Below, one piece after another: positions 10,672 through 21,772 of a stretch of DNA of 36,159 nt. This stretch comes from Chrysochromulina tobinii (lineage: Eukaryota), in assembly GCA_001275005.1 (NCBI GenBank), contig JWZX01003385.1, positions 62,001 to 98,159 on the forward strand, given 5' to 3'. A program made the position numbers and the translations under genes. Numbering within the stretch: the first letter of the stretch is position 1; each line of letters starts with the position of its first letter. The notes beneath the pieces were generated by a model. That model was not told the DNA's origin. It was given only the letters and a program-made list of their open reading frames with translations, and made no database searches.

Positions 10672-12520
10672 ATGTCGGCGAGAGTGGGAGCCGTGACGGC
10701 AGCCTTCGTGCCCTCGTGCCCTGCCAACGGCGACTTGCACAATGACGCCGCACTCGAAGCCATGCTGTCCGCCCGTGCCTCGACGGCGCGCGAGCTGCTC
10801 ATCATGGTGCTCGGCTGGACAAACGGCAAGTCGCAGATAAATATGCGTGATGAAGGTGTTCGCTTCATAGAGGCGCAGATCGCGTCGCTCCGAAGGCACT
10901 CGGTCGAAAACTACCTCGTACTCACGCCCCAGCTCGGTCAGCAGAATCGCAGGGCCGGCACCGACAACATGTGCCTCAACAGGCTCCGCCCACGCGGCGT
11001 GTGCTGCGCCTACTCGAGCGTGGGCATGCGTGAGGTCGGTGTGACCATCGACCGCGGCAACGCGTCTTGGGGCATGTTCACGACGCACCCTTACATGCTC
11101 TTCCTGCAGCGGTGGTGGTTCACTACGCACGCCCTCGTGCGTGGCTACTCGATCCTCTCTATCGATTCCGACTTGCAGCTCTCGACCAACCCCTTTGTAG
11201 TGGTGCACGCGCCGGCATATGCGTGGTTCGACGTCCTCTTCCAGGGCGATGGCGGCTGGCCCGTGCGCCAGTGGCGCGTACCACTGCTCGAGCGCAGCAG
11301 CAGAGCCGGCGGCGCGGCGCGCAAGGCGGGCGCCGCTGGCGCGACCTCCTATCGGGATGGCGATGAGGTCGGTGTCACATGCACGCGGACGGCACATCGA
11401 GCGATGCCCGAAGGCCATCCTTGCCCCTGTGACGTAACGGCCGCGCCAAGCTTGAACACGGGCTTCGTGTTTGCGCGTGCGGCCGCAGGCGCGCGCGCCG
11501 CCGGCCTCTTCAATGCCACCGTACAGACGATCCTGCGGCGCTTGGCGCATGCACCATTTCGCGATCCCAACGGGGTCATTCATCAAGGACGCCTTTGGCC
11601 GCAGGCGGTGATGAACGAGCAAGTGTTTGAGCGGGCGGGGCTGCCGGAGTGGTTCTCACACGCTCGCGCGCAGCACGAGGGTGCGCGCGTGCACGCCGGC
11701 TGCCATCCGCTCGACGTCGATTGCCAGCCCTTCGTCACACCGCACACACCTGACCCACTAGGTGTTCTCATGCCTCGTGCCTGGTGGGTCACGACGCCAC
11801 GTACACATTCGGTGTGGCTCGCGAGCGAGTGGCAAGCGGGCACGGGGCGGGCGTGCAGCAGCAGTAGCAGCGGCAGTAGCAGCGACGGCGGCGGCGACGT
11901 GGACAAGGGCGGAGGCGGCGACGCGAGGGCGAGGGCGAGGGCGAGTGACGAGGCCGTCGGTACGCTTCGGCCGTTGGCTGATCATCTCATCGCCCATACG
12001 GAGGTACGTACCGGTGTCGGCGACGCTTCGAGTGCGCCCGTGCGCGTGGCGGTGCTGCCACGACCGGCCGTCGGTCGCCTGTGCGGTGTGCGAAAGATCC
12101 CACTGGCATCGCTGCATGCCATCCAGTCCGCACCGCTGCCGTGCGCCGCATTTGGAAAGCCGAGCTTCTTGGGCATGCAAGTACAGCACCTGCAGTTCAT
12201 GAGCATCTTCACGCGCCTGCACATCTTCCACGCACTGCGCTGGTTTACGAGCAACCGCACGGCGGGCGCGGCTGAAGGCTCCGACGCGCGCACGCCAGAC
12301 TGCCCTGCGACGCCACAAGCTCTCGAGGCGGCTCTCGAGGTGCGGCTCGCCACCCGCGGCTCGAATCGCCGTGCTCATCGGCACCGCCGTCTCCAACGTG
12401 AGCATTGTCTGCGCGACCCGCGACGACCAGGCGTCCTTCCGCTGCCCGTGCTGCTGGATCGCACCCGAGTCTCTCGCGAAAGAGACGACCGGGTGCCCTA
12501 CCTGGAATCCAAATGTTTGA
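10672..12520 (+). CDS. Nucleotide-diphospho-sugar transferase (GT-A fold, GT77-like); probable extra base near 12340
   Basis: LQRWWFTTHALVRGYSILSIDSD (DxD), FDVLFQGDG, SLNTGFVFAR, WPQAVMNE. After ~12340 the ORF-track frame becomes Arg-rich nonsense, while the +1 frame reads ARIAVLIGTAVSNVSIVCATRDDQASFRCPCCW...WNPNV* (stop 12520). Start could instead be 10639. Confidence 0.7.
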
Positions 12521-13064
12521 GCCGGGGCCGTACTTTATCGTGTATGCCGTACGTGCCGCGTACGCGCCGTAGGAGAGAGCACGGACATGCCGTTGCGCGC
12601 GCCGTGGCGGCGCGCCTCTGCATCGCTGGCGTACGCCGGCGCCTCGTCTCGCGTCTCCGCCGTCTATGCCTCTCGAGTCTACAGTCTTGCGGTCCCACCG
12701 GCGCACGCGGGGAGGGTCCCTCGGCGTTCGATCGGTCTCTCTCTCGCCGCGCCGGGTACGTCTCGCCGGCGGGGGCGTACCGACCTCTACCCCTCTAGGG
12801 TAGCACCATTTTATCCTCAGTGAGTCCTTTTGCTGTTCACGACGCGAGGCAGGCACACTCATTCGACACACAACCCGCCACACAATATTGTGCTAGACTG
12901 GCTTGTCACTGGCACCAAGCACGCCCCACCCCCGGAAACATTTCACACTGTCACTACTGGCATGCACCAGCCAATACCCCTCGTCAGGCGCGCGCGTTGG
13001 ACAGGGTTTCACGCGACACTAAGTGGAGAGTGAGAGAGGAAGAGGTCGTTTGACGAGACCCGCT

Positions 13065-13658
13065 CTACTCCTCCTTGTTGTAGTCGACGAAGCGCTTCTC
13101 CGCGATCTTGTGCATGGGGACGAAGTTGAACGGGAACATGCGCACGTCGCGCTTGTTGCGATCGCGCATGCCGGGGTAGAGGAGGCGGCGGGAGTGCGAG
13201 TCTGCGCGCGAATCGTCCAGGCCCGTGTGGTCGTACGTGCCACGCAGGCTCTTGCTCCACGCGATCTCAGTGTGGCGGGTAAAGTACTTCCACATGAAGA
13301 AGAACATGAGGAGGGTCGCAAGGCCGATCACAGCGTACAGCGGCGTGACAGCGTGGTTGTACCAGATCTTCCAGATGATCTGCTTCCGGTTCATGCCCTT
13401 GTACAGGAGGCCGCCCTTGGGAATCTCCTGCCATGTCGTCACAGTCGGCGCCTCAAGAACGTGGATGGAGCCCAGCGACTTGCCCTCCGCCAGCATCGCA
13501 CGGGTGGTGTGCAGCGAGCGCACGGGGTTGACCGCGCGAACAATAGGGCTGGTGATCGGCGCCTTCGGGGCGAGGAGGGCGCGGGTCGAAATGCTGCGGG
13601 CGAGCACGGACGCCGTCGAGAGGCGCGGAACGGAGGCGAAGAGTCTCTTGGCAAACAT
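13065..13658 (-). CDS. Mitochondrial NDUFA4/B12D (MLRQ)-family protein with long presequence, 197 aa
   Basis: Arg/Ser-rich presequence free of acidic residues (MFAKRLFASVPRLSTASVLARS). Core AVTPLYAVIGLATLLMFFFMWKYFTRHTEIAWSK matches the family pattern of PL-TM helix followed by xPDVxWxK-like motif. Confidence 0.7.
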   Translation of the reverse strand: MFAKRLFASVPRLSTASVLARSISTRALLAPKAPITSPIVRAVNPVRSLHTTRAMLAEGKSLGSIHVLEAPTVTTWQEIPKGGLLYKGMNRKQIIWKIWYNHAVTPLYAVIGLATLLMFFFMWKYFTRHTEIAWSKSLRGTYDHTGLDDSRADSHSRRLLYPGMRDRNKRDVRMFPFNFVPMHKIAEKRFVDYNKEE

Positions 13659-13792
13659 TGTTTTTTTGTCACCTCCACTCGCCTGCTTCCACAAGCAGAT
13701 GCGGAATTTGGAATCCAGATGGAATCTGTCCGCGCACAAGTCCTGGATTTGACGGCGATCTCGGTCGCGCTCTGCACCCCAGGGCCAGCGAC

Positions 13793-14552
13793 ATGTTCGG
13801 GCATATCGTACCAGCGATGGCGAGGAGCATGCGCAAACTCAGCTGTCGGCCCTCTTGGATAGCCGCTGTGGATGTGTTCATTCAGCCGATGGTCGAGGAT
13901 TTTGTCTTCCGCGAAGCTCTGCGCCTTGGTCAGCAGGAGTTTTTGATCGGTGCCCAGCATGCCGCCCTGATCGTTGCAAGTGCTTATACTGAGGCAATGC
14001 GCGGCGACACCACACTCCTCGACGCGCTTTGCAGAGACGGTGGCCTGACAAAACCGCTCCATGAGGCGTTATGCGACGAAGCGCGCCTGAGGCAAGCAGC
14101 TGGCAAGATTGAGGTAGAAAAGGCCCTCCTGCAGCTCGGAATGGCCATGGAGGAGCTGCGAGGTGCGCCGTGCGTCTCGGACTCACGCTTGGTGATCGGC
14201 GCCCAGCGCGAGCTCGTGCCGTCGAGTGATCTGCAATCGCCGTTCGTCGCCATCGGCTCCTCCCTCATCGTCTGTGGTGAGACGGCGGAAAGGACAGAGT
14301 GCCTGTGGCACCCGCGGCGTCAGAGCGAGCTGCTGGCTGATAACGGCTGCTTGGTGCAAGTTGCCGTCTCCTTTGGCGACGCGACGACAGCGGGGCACGA
14401 CGTACCTGTTCGAGGCTGCAGTCAACGGCGAATGCCTGCTCGATGCAGAGGAGCGAACCGATGACAACTTGCAAGTAGTTGTTGCCGACGTCAATGGACG
14501 CATGGCCAGGAACGGCCGGCACGCCTTTTGGTTGGCCTCCGGCACCAAGTGA
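13793..14552 (+). CDS. Putative mitochondrial Tim44-like/MAIP1-like protein; one extra G at 14392-14395
   Basis: EFLIGAQHA helix and LVQVAVSF strand, then in the +1 frame TYLFEAAVNG...LQVVVADVN. This follows the FLxGAxxA...FE...VxDIN layout. Joined product is 252 aa. Confidence 0.55.
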
Positions 14553-15238
14553 AGCGGGGCCCACAGCACATTGTATACTTGAGTTCGAGAAAGGGTGCTC
14601 CGGCCCTTGGTGACTGGACCCCGGGGACCACACGCCAAGGGATGAGCGAGCGCGTGGGGCGTTGCCGAGTGCCGAGCCGAGTCGGCCACGTCCGCGGGCT
14701 GCACGCGCGCCGGTGTGTACGAGTACAGCCTGTTGGTGTCGCGGCCGTGCCCAAGCGTGTGCGGCAGCTCGCGCGCCGCGGGCACGGCGGCACCGTACGG
14801 GCAAACGGGTAGCGTGTTCGCGGCACCAAACCCCACCCAGAAACGGCGGGGCGGGGCGCCCATGATGCTACCGCCGTACCCGGGAGTGCGGCGCGGGCGC
14901 GCGGTCTCGATGTAATCAATGTTAAATCAAGACCATTATAAATCAAGAACGAAAGTGGTTACCTTTACTACGTGTTGGAACTTGGATCTCACTTCTCAGA
15001 TGCCCACCTCAGGGAGAGTAGCGCAGCCGATTAGAGGCGAGGCGCCCGGACAGGCACCAGTGACGCACGCGACCCCTGCGGGGCCGTCCGGACGGCGCGG
15101 CTGGCGGGCGCGCGCCGGACGGGCCACGAGCCGGTCGGGGCTCTGCGCTGACGACCTCAGTCAAACCGTGATCCGTGTTCCGTCACCCGGTTGCGTGTAC
15201 AACAGCAGACGCATGCGAGAGTCCAGCCTGTAGGACAG

Positions 15239-15901
15239 TCATCGTGGATGCAGCTCGACCGAATCGTCGGCCACAATCCACTTTATGTCGGCGACCTGCC
15301 ATTCCGTTCCTTCGGCTGCATCTCCCGTCGCGCTCAGCTTCCTCTCGAACGTCCACTTGCTCTGCTGCAGCCTGGGCGGGTCGGAGAGGGTCGAGTAGCA
15401 GCGCCCATGACGAAAGTCGTCCAGCGTCTCAGTCTGCAGAACTCGGAAGGAGACTTCGAGATGCGCGAGGCTGTGATCGGTGTTCGCGGTACGTGCTCGG
15501 CTCAAAACTGCTGACAATATGGTGTAGTCCTCTGGCTCGGAAGGAGCCAAGCTCCCCTTGGTGAAGGTCTCGGCGAGCAGGCACGAGGGCTGAACAAGGC
15601 TCTCAAGTGCTGACCAGTCTCTCCGGCCGATGAGTTGATGGCAGGTCACGTATGCCTGCCGGGTGCCGACCAGGAAGTCCTCAAGGTTGAATTCGTGCTC
15701 TGAATGTATAGCCCTGAGCGAAAGCCTTGTCAGTGTGCGCTCCCAGAGCGAAAGCCCTGGTTCGACAAACTTTGGATTATCCATCCAGCAGCTGACTTGT
15801 TTCTCGGGTCCCAGGGTGCGCGAGAGCTCATGCAGGGAGAGCAGGCTGCGCACGCGCCGGAGGCCGCTAACCGCAAGGCCTCTGGCAGAGAGGCATCGCA
15901 T
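15239..15901 (-). CDS. Mitochondrial Tim44-like domain protein (MAIP1/MRPL45/Mba1-like)
   Basis: Presequence MRCLSARGLAVSGLRRVRSLLS; FNLEDFLVGTRQAY, DWSALESLV, LEVSF, KWTFERKL...EWQVADI. Confidence 0.75.
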   Translation of the reverse strand: MRCLSARGLAVSGLRRVRSLLSLHELSRTLGPEKQVSCWMDNPKFVEPGLSLWERTLTRLSLRAIHSEHEFNLEDFLVGTRQAYVTCHQLIGRRDWSALESLVQPSCLLAETFTKGSLAPSEPEDYTILSAVLSRARTANTDHSLAHLEVSFRVLQTETLDDFRHGRCYSTLSDPPRLQQSKWTFERKLSATGDAAEGTEWQVADIKWIVADDSVELHPR

Positions 15902-16150
15902 TCGTCCCGCCACTATGGGCGAAAATCAACGAAACACCGAAAAATTAATTTCATCTCCTCAGCCCTAAGTGAAACGGCTGAGAGAACGCACGGTCGCAGC
16001 GGGGGACAGCGTGCTTGTGTATCAGTTCAGGGACGTAGCGTTGCTGGAGCGCTCGCAACAGCGCGTCTTCACGTGAAAAATCACGCAACACCCACGATGC
16101 GCGGCAACACAAGCGCATAAAGCCGCTCGATCGGCCTTGGACACCGGACC

Positions 16151-19100
16151 ATGCGGTCTGCAGTCTCTTCATTCTTCGCCGAAGACCCCGACAAGGTGCA
16201 CGACAGGAAGGTGAGCGGTCTGCCGATCGACTTGAATGTGACCGCTGCCAAGACCTCGCTGCGCCGACTGCGGGATGCCATCGAGGCCACCGTCACCCTG
16301 TACACATTGAGGCCGCCGCCGAAGAAAAAGGGGGGGGTGCCGCAGCTCTTGCTGCCAGAGATGGCAGAGTGGAGCCGTCACGAGGCCTTCTGCGGCGGCA
16401 TCGCGAGCGGTGAGCTGATGCACCGCACCGCAGCGCGACTGGCGGCAATAGAGGAACTGATCATAACCCAGCGCACTGCCGTCAGCGCGGTCGTGTCGAT
16501 CTGTCTGGGCGACGAGGCCAAGGCACTGTGCAAGAAGGGGCTTGATGCGATCTATGCCTTCGAGCTGATGATACGCGACGCGAGCGACGCGAAGGAGGCG
16601 GCGAACAAGGCCCTCAAGCGGGCAACGTCGTCGCGAGGCTCCGCGTTAGACGGTGAGCTCAAGGCGGCCAGCATAAAGGACGGGAGGAAGATGGTGGCGG
16701 CGCATCAGGCGGCGAAGGCCGAGCTCGAGAAAGCGATGGCCGCGATCGAGCAGGCTGAGGCAACGCTCGCGCGTGCCGATGCGGAGCTCGTTCGCCTCGT
16801 GGAAGAGGCGCAGCCAGTGGCGCTCAAGGTGGCCTCCTCCGCTCGGCGCGACGCGGAGAACGGACCCCTGAGCCAAGCGGCGGAGGAGCTGGCCAAGGTC
16901 TATCGCTCTTTTGCGCGCGGCGTAGTGACGGTGCGACAGGGCGACAGTTTGCCTACAGATTACAACCCGAGTGTGAAGCGCCTCGCGCCAAAGGAGACAA
17001 CAGCGCGCTACGCGGCGTATGTGGTCCAGTGGACGCTGGCCAAGCGCCGCTGCAAGGAGTCGGCGGCGCTGATCGAGGAGTTCAGCAAGGCGACCCTCGA
17101 CACGCTGCTCGCACCGGCCCAAGAGAAGGCCACCATCGAAGCGCTCGCGCATGAGTGTGAAGGCGCACAGCTCATCTCGAGCCTCCGCGCTGTACCATTC
17201 GAGGGCAAGCCAGCCCATGAGGAGGCCGAGCGCGCCTGCAGAATGGCGCTCGCCGCTCTGGTCGCGGTGTTGGGCGACTTCCGAGTCCTGCTCAAGGGGC
17301 AGGTGACCCTGGCCGAGGAGTATGAGAAGAAGGACAAAGCTCTGAAGCTACTCGTCGGGAAGCGCGACGAGGCCGCTCATCAAGTGAGCAAGCTCGAGGG
17401 CGAGCTGGGCAAGTTGATCGACAAGAGGGAGGAGGAGTGGCACGCTGCGGGCAGCAAGGAGGGGGCCAAGGCGGTCGCCGCCGTCGAGAGGGCGAGCGCT
17501 TCCCTCGAGAAGAAGAGCGCGGAGCATGCGAAGCTCGTCGAGGAGGTCGCGCTCAAGACGACAGCTCTCGAGCAAGCGGCGGCTGAGATCGAGGCCTTTG
17601 CAGCCGGCCTCTCTGCAGACGGCTCCGGCTCGGTACGAATGCATTCTCGCCTGGTCGAATTCATTCTCACCTCCCTTGCTCATCTTCTCCGCATCTCCCC
17701 GCGTCTCCCCGCATCTGACCCGCATCTGACCCGTTTCTGCGGGTGTATCTCGCACGTATCTGCGCCTTCCAGGTGATGGAGCTCGTCGCGTACCCGTTCG
17801 CCGAGGGCGTGCGTGCCTTTACGACCTTGTGTGCGAGCCGGGCCGAGCAGGCGGGCACCAACCAGCCTTTCTTCGAGCACGCATCGGCTGCAGCGCTGTG
17901 GGCCATCAAGCTTTATGAGCAGAAGGAGCGCGAGGCCGCGGCGAAGGCGTTGGCGGAGGGTCCGTCGCTCGCGCTCCGGGCCCTCGCCTTTGCTTCCCAA
18001 CGTGCAGAGGAGGCGGGTGCACGTGCAAGGGCGCGGGCGGCCGAGAAGCTGAGCGAGCTGCAGGCGCGGAATGCCGCGCGACAGGGACGCGTCAACAGCG
18101 CTATGAGCGATGAGGCTGGCACGGGCAACCGTCGGGCGAACCAGGGTGACGTGCCTCCGAAGCCGCTGCTGCTTGCCGTCTTGAAGCCGCCGTGCAGCGC
18201 GCTCGAGTGGGAAGAGATGCTCCCGGCGCTTCGTCAGGCGGCGGCGAGCAGGGGGGGGATAGGGAGTGGGGTGGCGGGGAGCACGGACGCGGGCCTCGTC
18301 GTGGTGGGTGCGGGCTTGGACGTGTGTAATGGCTTCTACAAGCACGTGCCGGACGACGCACTCGCCAACGGCAAGCCCTTCTTTCGCAACGATGATCGCA
18401 GCGTGCCTTTCTTCCAGCAAACGACCATCGGCTGGTCCGACACTGAATGGACGCGTAAGAAGGGATACCCCGAGGGTGTTGGCTGTTGGGGCATTGCGTA
18501 TGACGGCCATCATCGGTACATGGCGCGCGGCGACTCACCCTTCCCGCCCACGACGGGCTGGGAGGTGCGAGAGGATCCCAAATGGAAGTATCCTTCGGTG
18601 GCACCCACGCTCGACCTTGCGCATATGGCCGTGCCTCACACCGAGCGGCTGCTCAGGGGTGTCCACCCCGAGGCTGTCGCCAAGGTGCTGCTGGCGTTGA
18701 TGCAGCTCGACGATTGTGATGAGTCGGGCCTGGATGCGGCTGCAGCCTCTGCCGCTCACATACGTAGCCAGCTGGTCGATGACAGCAGCGCCGAGAGCGT
18801 CTCGATGAGAGAGGCCAAGCCGGAGATGTGCGGAGATCTAGACGTCATCCTCAACGATATCCCTCGAACGTGGCCAGACTGGCAGATCGAGACAGTCGGC
18901 GAATCCGGACGCTTTTCTGCCGAAGACTTGAGGGTCATCCTCGATGCGCAGGTCTGTGCTGCCGAGTCCGACCTCGGAGCTGTCGGCTACTCTCAGGGGA
19001 TGGCGGACCTAGCAGCATGGCTCCTGATGAGACCGCTCTCTCGAACGGCAGCCTATAGCGCGCTCCGTCGCTTCTCGTCTCTCCCGCTGCTGCGCCTCTG

Positions 19101-19764
19101 CTGGAGGCTCGATCTCGATGAGTGGGATGCGCTAGGTGCGGCGGCGCGCGCGCTCCCGTGCATTTGCCGGTGTATCACCCGTGCCCTCAACCCCACATCT
19201 CTGCCCGTCGCCCGTACGCTCCCCATCTCCCCCGCAGGAGAGCTCCATACAGCCCTCATCCGACGAGATCGGCCGGTGGTCGCCGCGCACCTGGACCGGA
19301 TCGGTATCTCCGCCGCCATCTACCTGCCCGAGTGGCTCATGCCGATCTGGTGCCGATCGCTCTCCGAGGAATGCGTCGCTGTCGTCTTTTCGCTCATGCT
19401 CCTCGAGGGCGATGCGGTCATCCTCCTCGTCGCAAGCGCCGTCATCGCATGCATCGAGGCGGAGCTCCTCGCGACGCGCGACATTGCGGTCGCTAGGAAG
19501 CTCATGTCCGATGCACCTCAACGCATCTCGCTCCCAGCTCTCGTCGGCGCTCTTGCGGCTTGCACGCTGACCCAGGCCGATTTGGCGCCGCTGTGCGCCT
19601 TTCCTAATATGGAAGGCCTGGCGCCGCCTGGCCTGGCACGCACATTATCGAGCTTGCAGCTCATGACGAATCTTGCTTGGGACAGAAGCAGCTTGCAGCC
19701 ATCACCGACCTCGCCGGCAAGCCACGGAGAACCGGAGAGCAAGGCTGCGATTGACATGGATTGA
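16151..19764 (+). CDS. Coiled-coil (possibly BAR-like) + small beta domain + Rab-GAP TBC protein, ~1123 aa; introns 17633-17772 and 19136-19237
   Basis: TBC R-finger LNDIPRT and Q-finger GYSQGM, plus YLPEWLMPIW. Intron 1 (GTACGA...TTCCAG, phase 0) joins ORFs 16151 and 17743. Intron 2 (GTGCGG...CCGCAG, 102 nt) is in frame and stopless. Confidence 0.8.
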
Positions 19765-20314
19765 ACGTGGAAACGAGGAGAGATTGGTGATGGCGTTCTG
19801 GCCACGTTATATTGGAGGTTTCAGGCACGTGAGGGCGCGCGAGGACCGGCCGGCCGGCCGGTGGGCGAACAGCCAAGCGTCCGTTTCAAAAACACGCCCC
19901 GAGGGGTGTGTGCGTGACTGCTGCTGTGAGCGGAGGCGGTTGCATTTGCGCCTGTGTTACAGAGTTAGACTGCGCCTAATTTTACACACTTACGCAGCTA
20001 CCATTTGGCTCATCGCGCGCCGTGAAAAGAACGTGAAAAGTCCCGTCCTGGGCTCAGCAACTCTTCAGACACGTTCAGTCTGACACCCCGGGGCGGCGGG
20101 GCGCGGGCCGATCGTCAGATACGCAAGTGCGAATCGGCCGTCAGCCACTCCGAGACGCCAAAGTCAGCATCGCACTCCCCGGAGGAGGATGCGCCGATCT
20201 CGGGCGGCTTGACGTGTCCGTACGAGACGAAGCTGGCGGACGTGCCATGGGACGAGGCGCTCGATTCGTGGCGATGGGAGCTGCCGTGCATCGGTAGAAA
20301 GGGCTGCTCGCGAT

Positions 20315-21541
20315 TCATAGCGGCGTGTAGCTTTGGAGAGGAATATGGAGGAGGGATGCACGAGACGGGCGCGGAAGCAGCCGCACCCCCTCCTCCAGGG
20401 CTCCATGGTGGCGGCCGGGTCGGCGGCGGTCGGGTCGGGCGGGCGGTCGCGGCGGCGGCGGCGCAGGAGGCCCCGAGGTGGCAAGAGCGCCGCAACCGGA
20501 GGTCGCACAGTTCCGATGTGGCGCGGGCGCCGGAGCCGGCGGTTGCGCCGGTGTTGACACCGCGGCGGTACCATCGCCCGGGATGCCCGCGCCGCCGACG
20601 CCGTTCTGCAGCATCGACTGCAGGAACGACATTTGCTGCTTGAGCAGCTGATTCTCTGCCGAGAGGACTGAGTTCTGTGTGGCGAGTGCGTTCAGTTGAG
20701 TGCGGAGCTGGCTGTTCTCCTGAAGTACCTGCTGCATAGACATGGTCTTGCGCGCACGGTACTTGACCGACGCCTTCTTGTTCGACTCCCGCCTCCGCCC
20801 CTTGCGATCGGGCTCGGGGTCGCTGCCAGACCGGGAAGGCGGCGCGCCCAGGGTGAACACGGGCGCCCCGCTGCTGTCAGTACTGAGCAGGCGGATGCTG
20901 GCGGCGGCTCCGTCGGCGCTGAGCGACTCGGAATTGACCGAGAGGGTCTCGCCGTCCTCCGAGACGAACTCCGACGCGTCCTCTGAGGAGTCCATCCCCG
21001 ACTCGTCGCGACTCGTCGCGCGACCCTCAGGGATCACCGGCAGCGAGTGTCCCGCTGGCGAGGCTTGCGGCAAGGCGCAGATGTTGCAGTGGTGGTTGAG
21101 TGCGGACATGTACTCAGAAAGGCACTGCGCAGCCGCCTGGTACAGGCTCGGCTCGGACGCCCACGTTTCGAGTCTGCGAAGTAGCTTCTCCAGGATCGAC
21201 CGCACGGTCGCCTGGTACATGGCCGGCGCCACCTCGCCCATGAGGGTAGCCTGGAAGGCTTGGCAGCGCGTCTGCTCCTCGAACTGGAAGAGGCGAGCCA
21301 GGTCAACGCAGCGCTCACTGCCCTGCCCGCGCAGCCGCTCGAGGCCCGTGCCCGCCGCAGCACGCACGTCGGCCTCGAAGCAAACCCACGCGTTCTCACC
21401 CGTTGCGCGCTGCAGGAAGGCCGCGATCGGAACGTTGGTGATAGCCGAGTCACCCAGCTCGGGCACGAGGCTCTCGAGGTCGGACATGGTGATCGCATCG
21501 AGGTGCATGGTGGTATCGTACCGATCGTACCGAGTGCTCAT
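20315..21541 (-). CDS. bZIP transcription factor; true C-terminus may extend to 20115 through a frameshift near 20440
   Basis: Basic region RKGRRRESNKKASVKYRARK followed by heptad leucines (LQENSQLRTQLNALATQNSVLSAENQLLKQQMSFL). Confidence 0.85.
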   Translation of the reverse strand: MSTRYDRYDTTMHLDAITMSDLESLVPELGDSAITNVPIAAFLQRATGENAWVCFEADVRAAAGTGLERLRGQGSERCVDLARLFQFEEQTRCQAFQATLMGEVAPAMYQATVRSILEKLLRRLETWASEPSLYQAAAQCLSEYMSALNHHCNICALPQASPAGHSLPVIPEGRATSRDESGMDSSEDASEFVSEDGETLSVNSESLSADGAAASIRLLSTDSSGAPVFTLGAPPSRSGSDPEPDRKGRRRESNKKASVKYRARKTMSMQQVLQENSQLRTQLNALATQNSVLSAENQLLKQQMSFLQSMLQNGVGGAGIPGDGTAAVSTPAQPPAPAPAPHRNCATSGCGALATSGPPAPPPPRPPARPDRRRPGRHHGALEEGVRLLPRPSRASLLHIPLQSYTPL

Positions 21542-21772
21542 TCTTATGTGCCAGACCTAGGAACCCATTCCTGGAAAAAACCGCGCAGCATTCACGGCCG
21601 CCGCAGTTCACAGCCAACCTTTTTTCTGCAAGCTGCACGCGCGCTTCAAAGCAAACTAGTGGCGCTCGGCTGACCAGTCTGCAGCGGCAAACCAAAGCCG
21701 TTGGCCGAAAACGGTGCTCACCCCTGGGAGGAATATCCCTTCACGCGTTTTCCGAAATACATTGCAAGCGTC

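Noticed and set aside
14604..14641. Imperfect hairpin CCCTTGG...CCAAGGG downstream of a TGA stop, considered as a SECIS or ncRNA
   Set aside because: Lacks the AUGA/GA quartet and apical AA, and no coding signal continues past the TGA.
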